This document shows, piece after piece, positions 63,187-64,000 of a stretch of 64,000 bases of DNA. The first letter of the stretch is position 1; each line of letters opens with the position of its first letter. The stretch is taken from assembly GCA_033764095.1 (NCBI GenBank), contig JANRJF010000244.1, forward strand, positions 9,545 through 73,544. The letters are read 5' to 3'. The position numbers and the translations under genes are program-made. The stretch is from Deltaproteobacteria bacterium (GTDB lineage: Bacteria; Desulfobacterota; Binatia; HRBIN30; CADEER01). The notes beneath the pieces were generated by a model that saw nothing but the letters and a program-made list of their open reading frames with translations, ran no database searches and was not told the DNA's origin.

Positions 63187-64000
63187 TCAACGCACCAGGC
63201 GATCGACGACGCGGTAGAGCTGGTTGAGGTTGCGACATTCCTCGACGAGATCGCAGAACGGCAGGTAGCGATCCATTTCGCTGTCGCCGAAGCCCCAGGT
63301 CAGGCGGCTCTCGGGGTTGAGCCAGATCACCTGCTTGGCGCGCGCCTGGATGTCGCGCACCACCCACTCGTGCGCCAGATTGTAGTTGTTGCGCGCGTCG
63401 CCGAGGATGATCACCGTCGTGCGGTTGTTCACCGCGCCGAGGTAGTCGCGATGGAAGGTCTTGAAGGCGCGGCCGAAGTCGGAGTGCGCGAAGACGTTGA
63501 TGATGGTGCCGGTCAATGCCTGCTCGATGGCCCGCTGGGTGTCGTTCTCCTCGAACAGTTGTGTGATCTCGCCGAGATCGCTGACGAAGACAAAGCTGCG
63601 CACCCGCGAATAGAGATCCTGTAGCGAGTAGACGAACTGCAGCATGAAGCGCGAGACGTTCCGTACCGAGTCCGATACGTCACAGAGAACGAGCACCTGT
63701 GGCTTGTCCTTGATCTTGCGGTCGAACTCGATGCGAAACGGGACGCCCCCGTACTGGAGGTTCTTGCGCAGGGTGGCGCTCAGGTCGAATTTGCCGCGCT
63801 TGCCCCGCTTGCGACGGATCGAGACGACATTCTTCAGGCGCTGTGCGAGCTTCGTGACGGCCTCGCGCATGCGACGCATCTCGTCCTCGGAGAGGTAGTA
63901 GAAGCTCTTCTCCGCCAGGCTGGCCAGACGGGTCCGCTCGCGTTGGGCCTGATCGCGCTTCTCCAACTCGAGCCGGACGGTGCGACGGATCATCTCACGC
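63187..64000 (-). CDS. VWA-domain CoxE-like protein, 5'-partial (runs off window end)
   Basis: VLVLCDVSDSV (MIDAS DxSxS) …VIILGDARNN…; the reading frame is still open at nt 64000. Confidence 0.7.
   Translation of the reverse strand, partial: REMIRRTVRLELEKRDQAQRERTRLASLAEKSFYYLSEDEMRRMREAVTKLAQRLKNVVSIRRKRGKRGKFDLSATLRKNLQYGGVPFRIEFDRKIKDKPQVLVLCDVSDSVRNVSRFMLQFVYSLQDLYSRVRSFVFVSDLGEITQLFEENDTQRAIEQALTGTIINVFAHSDFGRAFKTFHRDYLGAVNNRTTVIILGDARNNYNLAHEWVVRDIQARAKQVIWLNPESRLTWGFGDSEMDRYLPFCDLVEECRNLNQLYRVVDRLVR

Overview
This 64 kb window has about 70% GC and is chromosomal. It most likely comes from a Deltaproteobacteria/Myxococcota-like organism. The taxonomic clues are a secreted protein with Myxococcus-type cysteine-rich repeats and dockerin-like EF-hand modules, and a Gram-positive-style PyrR attenuator in front of the pyr operon.

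Content is mostly housekeeping genes interleaved with envelope and secreted-protein genes:
- a partial nuoG, then meaB and a metallophosphatase
- a three-tRNA cluster (Met/CAT, Cys/GCA, Asn/GTT) with two small genes wedged in between
- a tetR-regulated operon of dehydrogenase, FGGY kinase and esterase
- dtd and trmL
- a transglutaminase-like protein coupled to a dual-specificity phosphatase, next to a histidine kinase and response regulator
- pyrR-pyrB-pyrC-carA-carB, then recG
- a wHTH-STAND regulator followed by a FadL-type channel and a large sulfatase
- a K+ channel, a split pqiA with pqiB and pqiC, and a BON / tandem-HdeA / lipoprotein cluster
- hom and glpX
- a split methylmalonyl-CoA mutase flanked by two unusual inverted-repeat arrays
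- a BtuF-like binding protein, a truncated sigma-54 AAA+ protein, tRNA-Arg(CCT), an S8 protease, and a dgt gene interrupted by an in-frame TAG

I found no CRISPR array, no transposase and no integrase.

The signals I consider most worth follow-up are:
1. The two AT-richer inverted-repeat arrays with 10-bp-periodic ACGGAT units that bracket B12-related genes.
2. A 71-aa protein that is about 70% Asp/Glu and sits directly behind an intrinsic-terminator-like hairpin.
3. A TTTCCG-type direct-repeat motif upstream of three envelope-protein genes.
4. A lipobox-anchored tandem HdeA protein.
5. The tRNA islet, the dgt amber codon, the split pqiA and a BtuF-like protein whose signal peptide is in another frame.
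6. Genome-wide ATGA/GTGA start/stop overlaps.

All functional calls come from reading the translated ORFs against remembered protein-family signatures. No database search was run.
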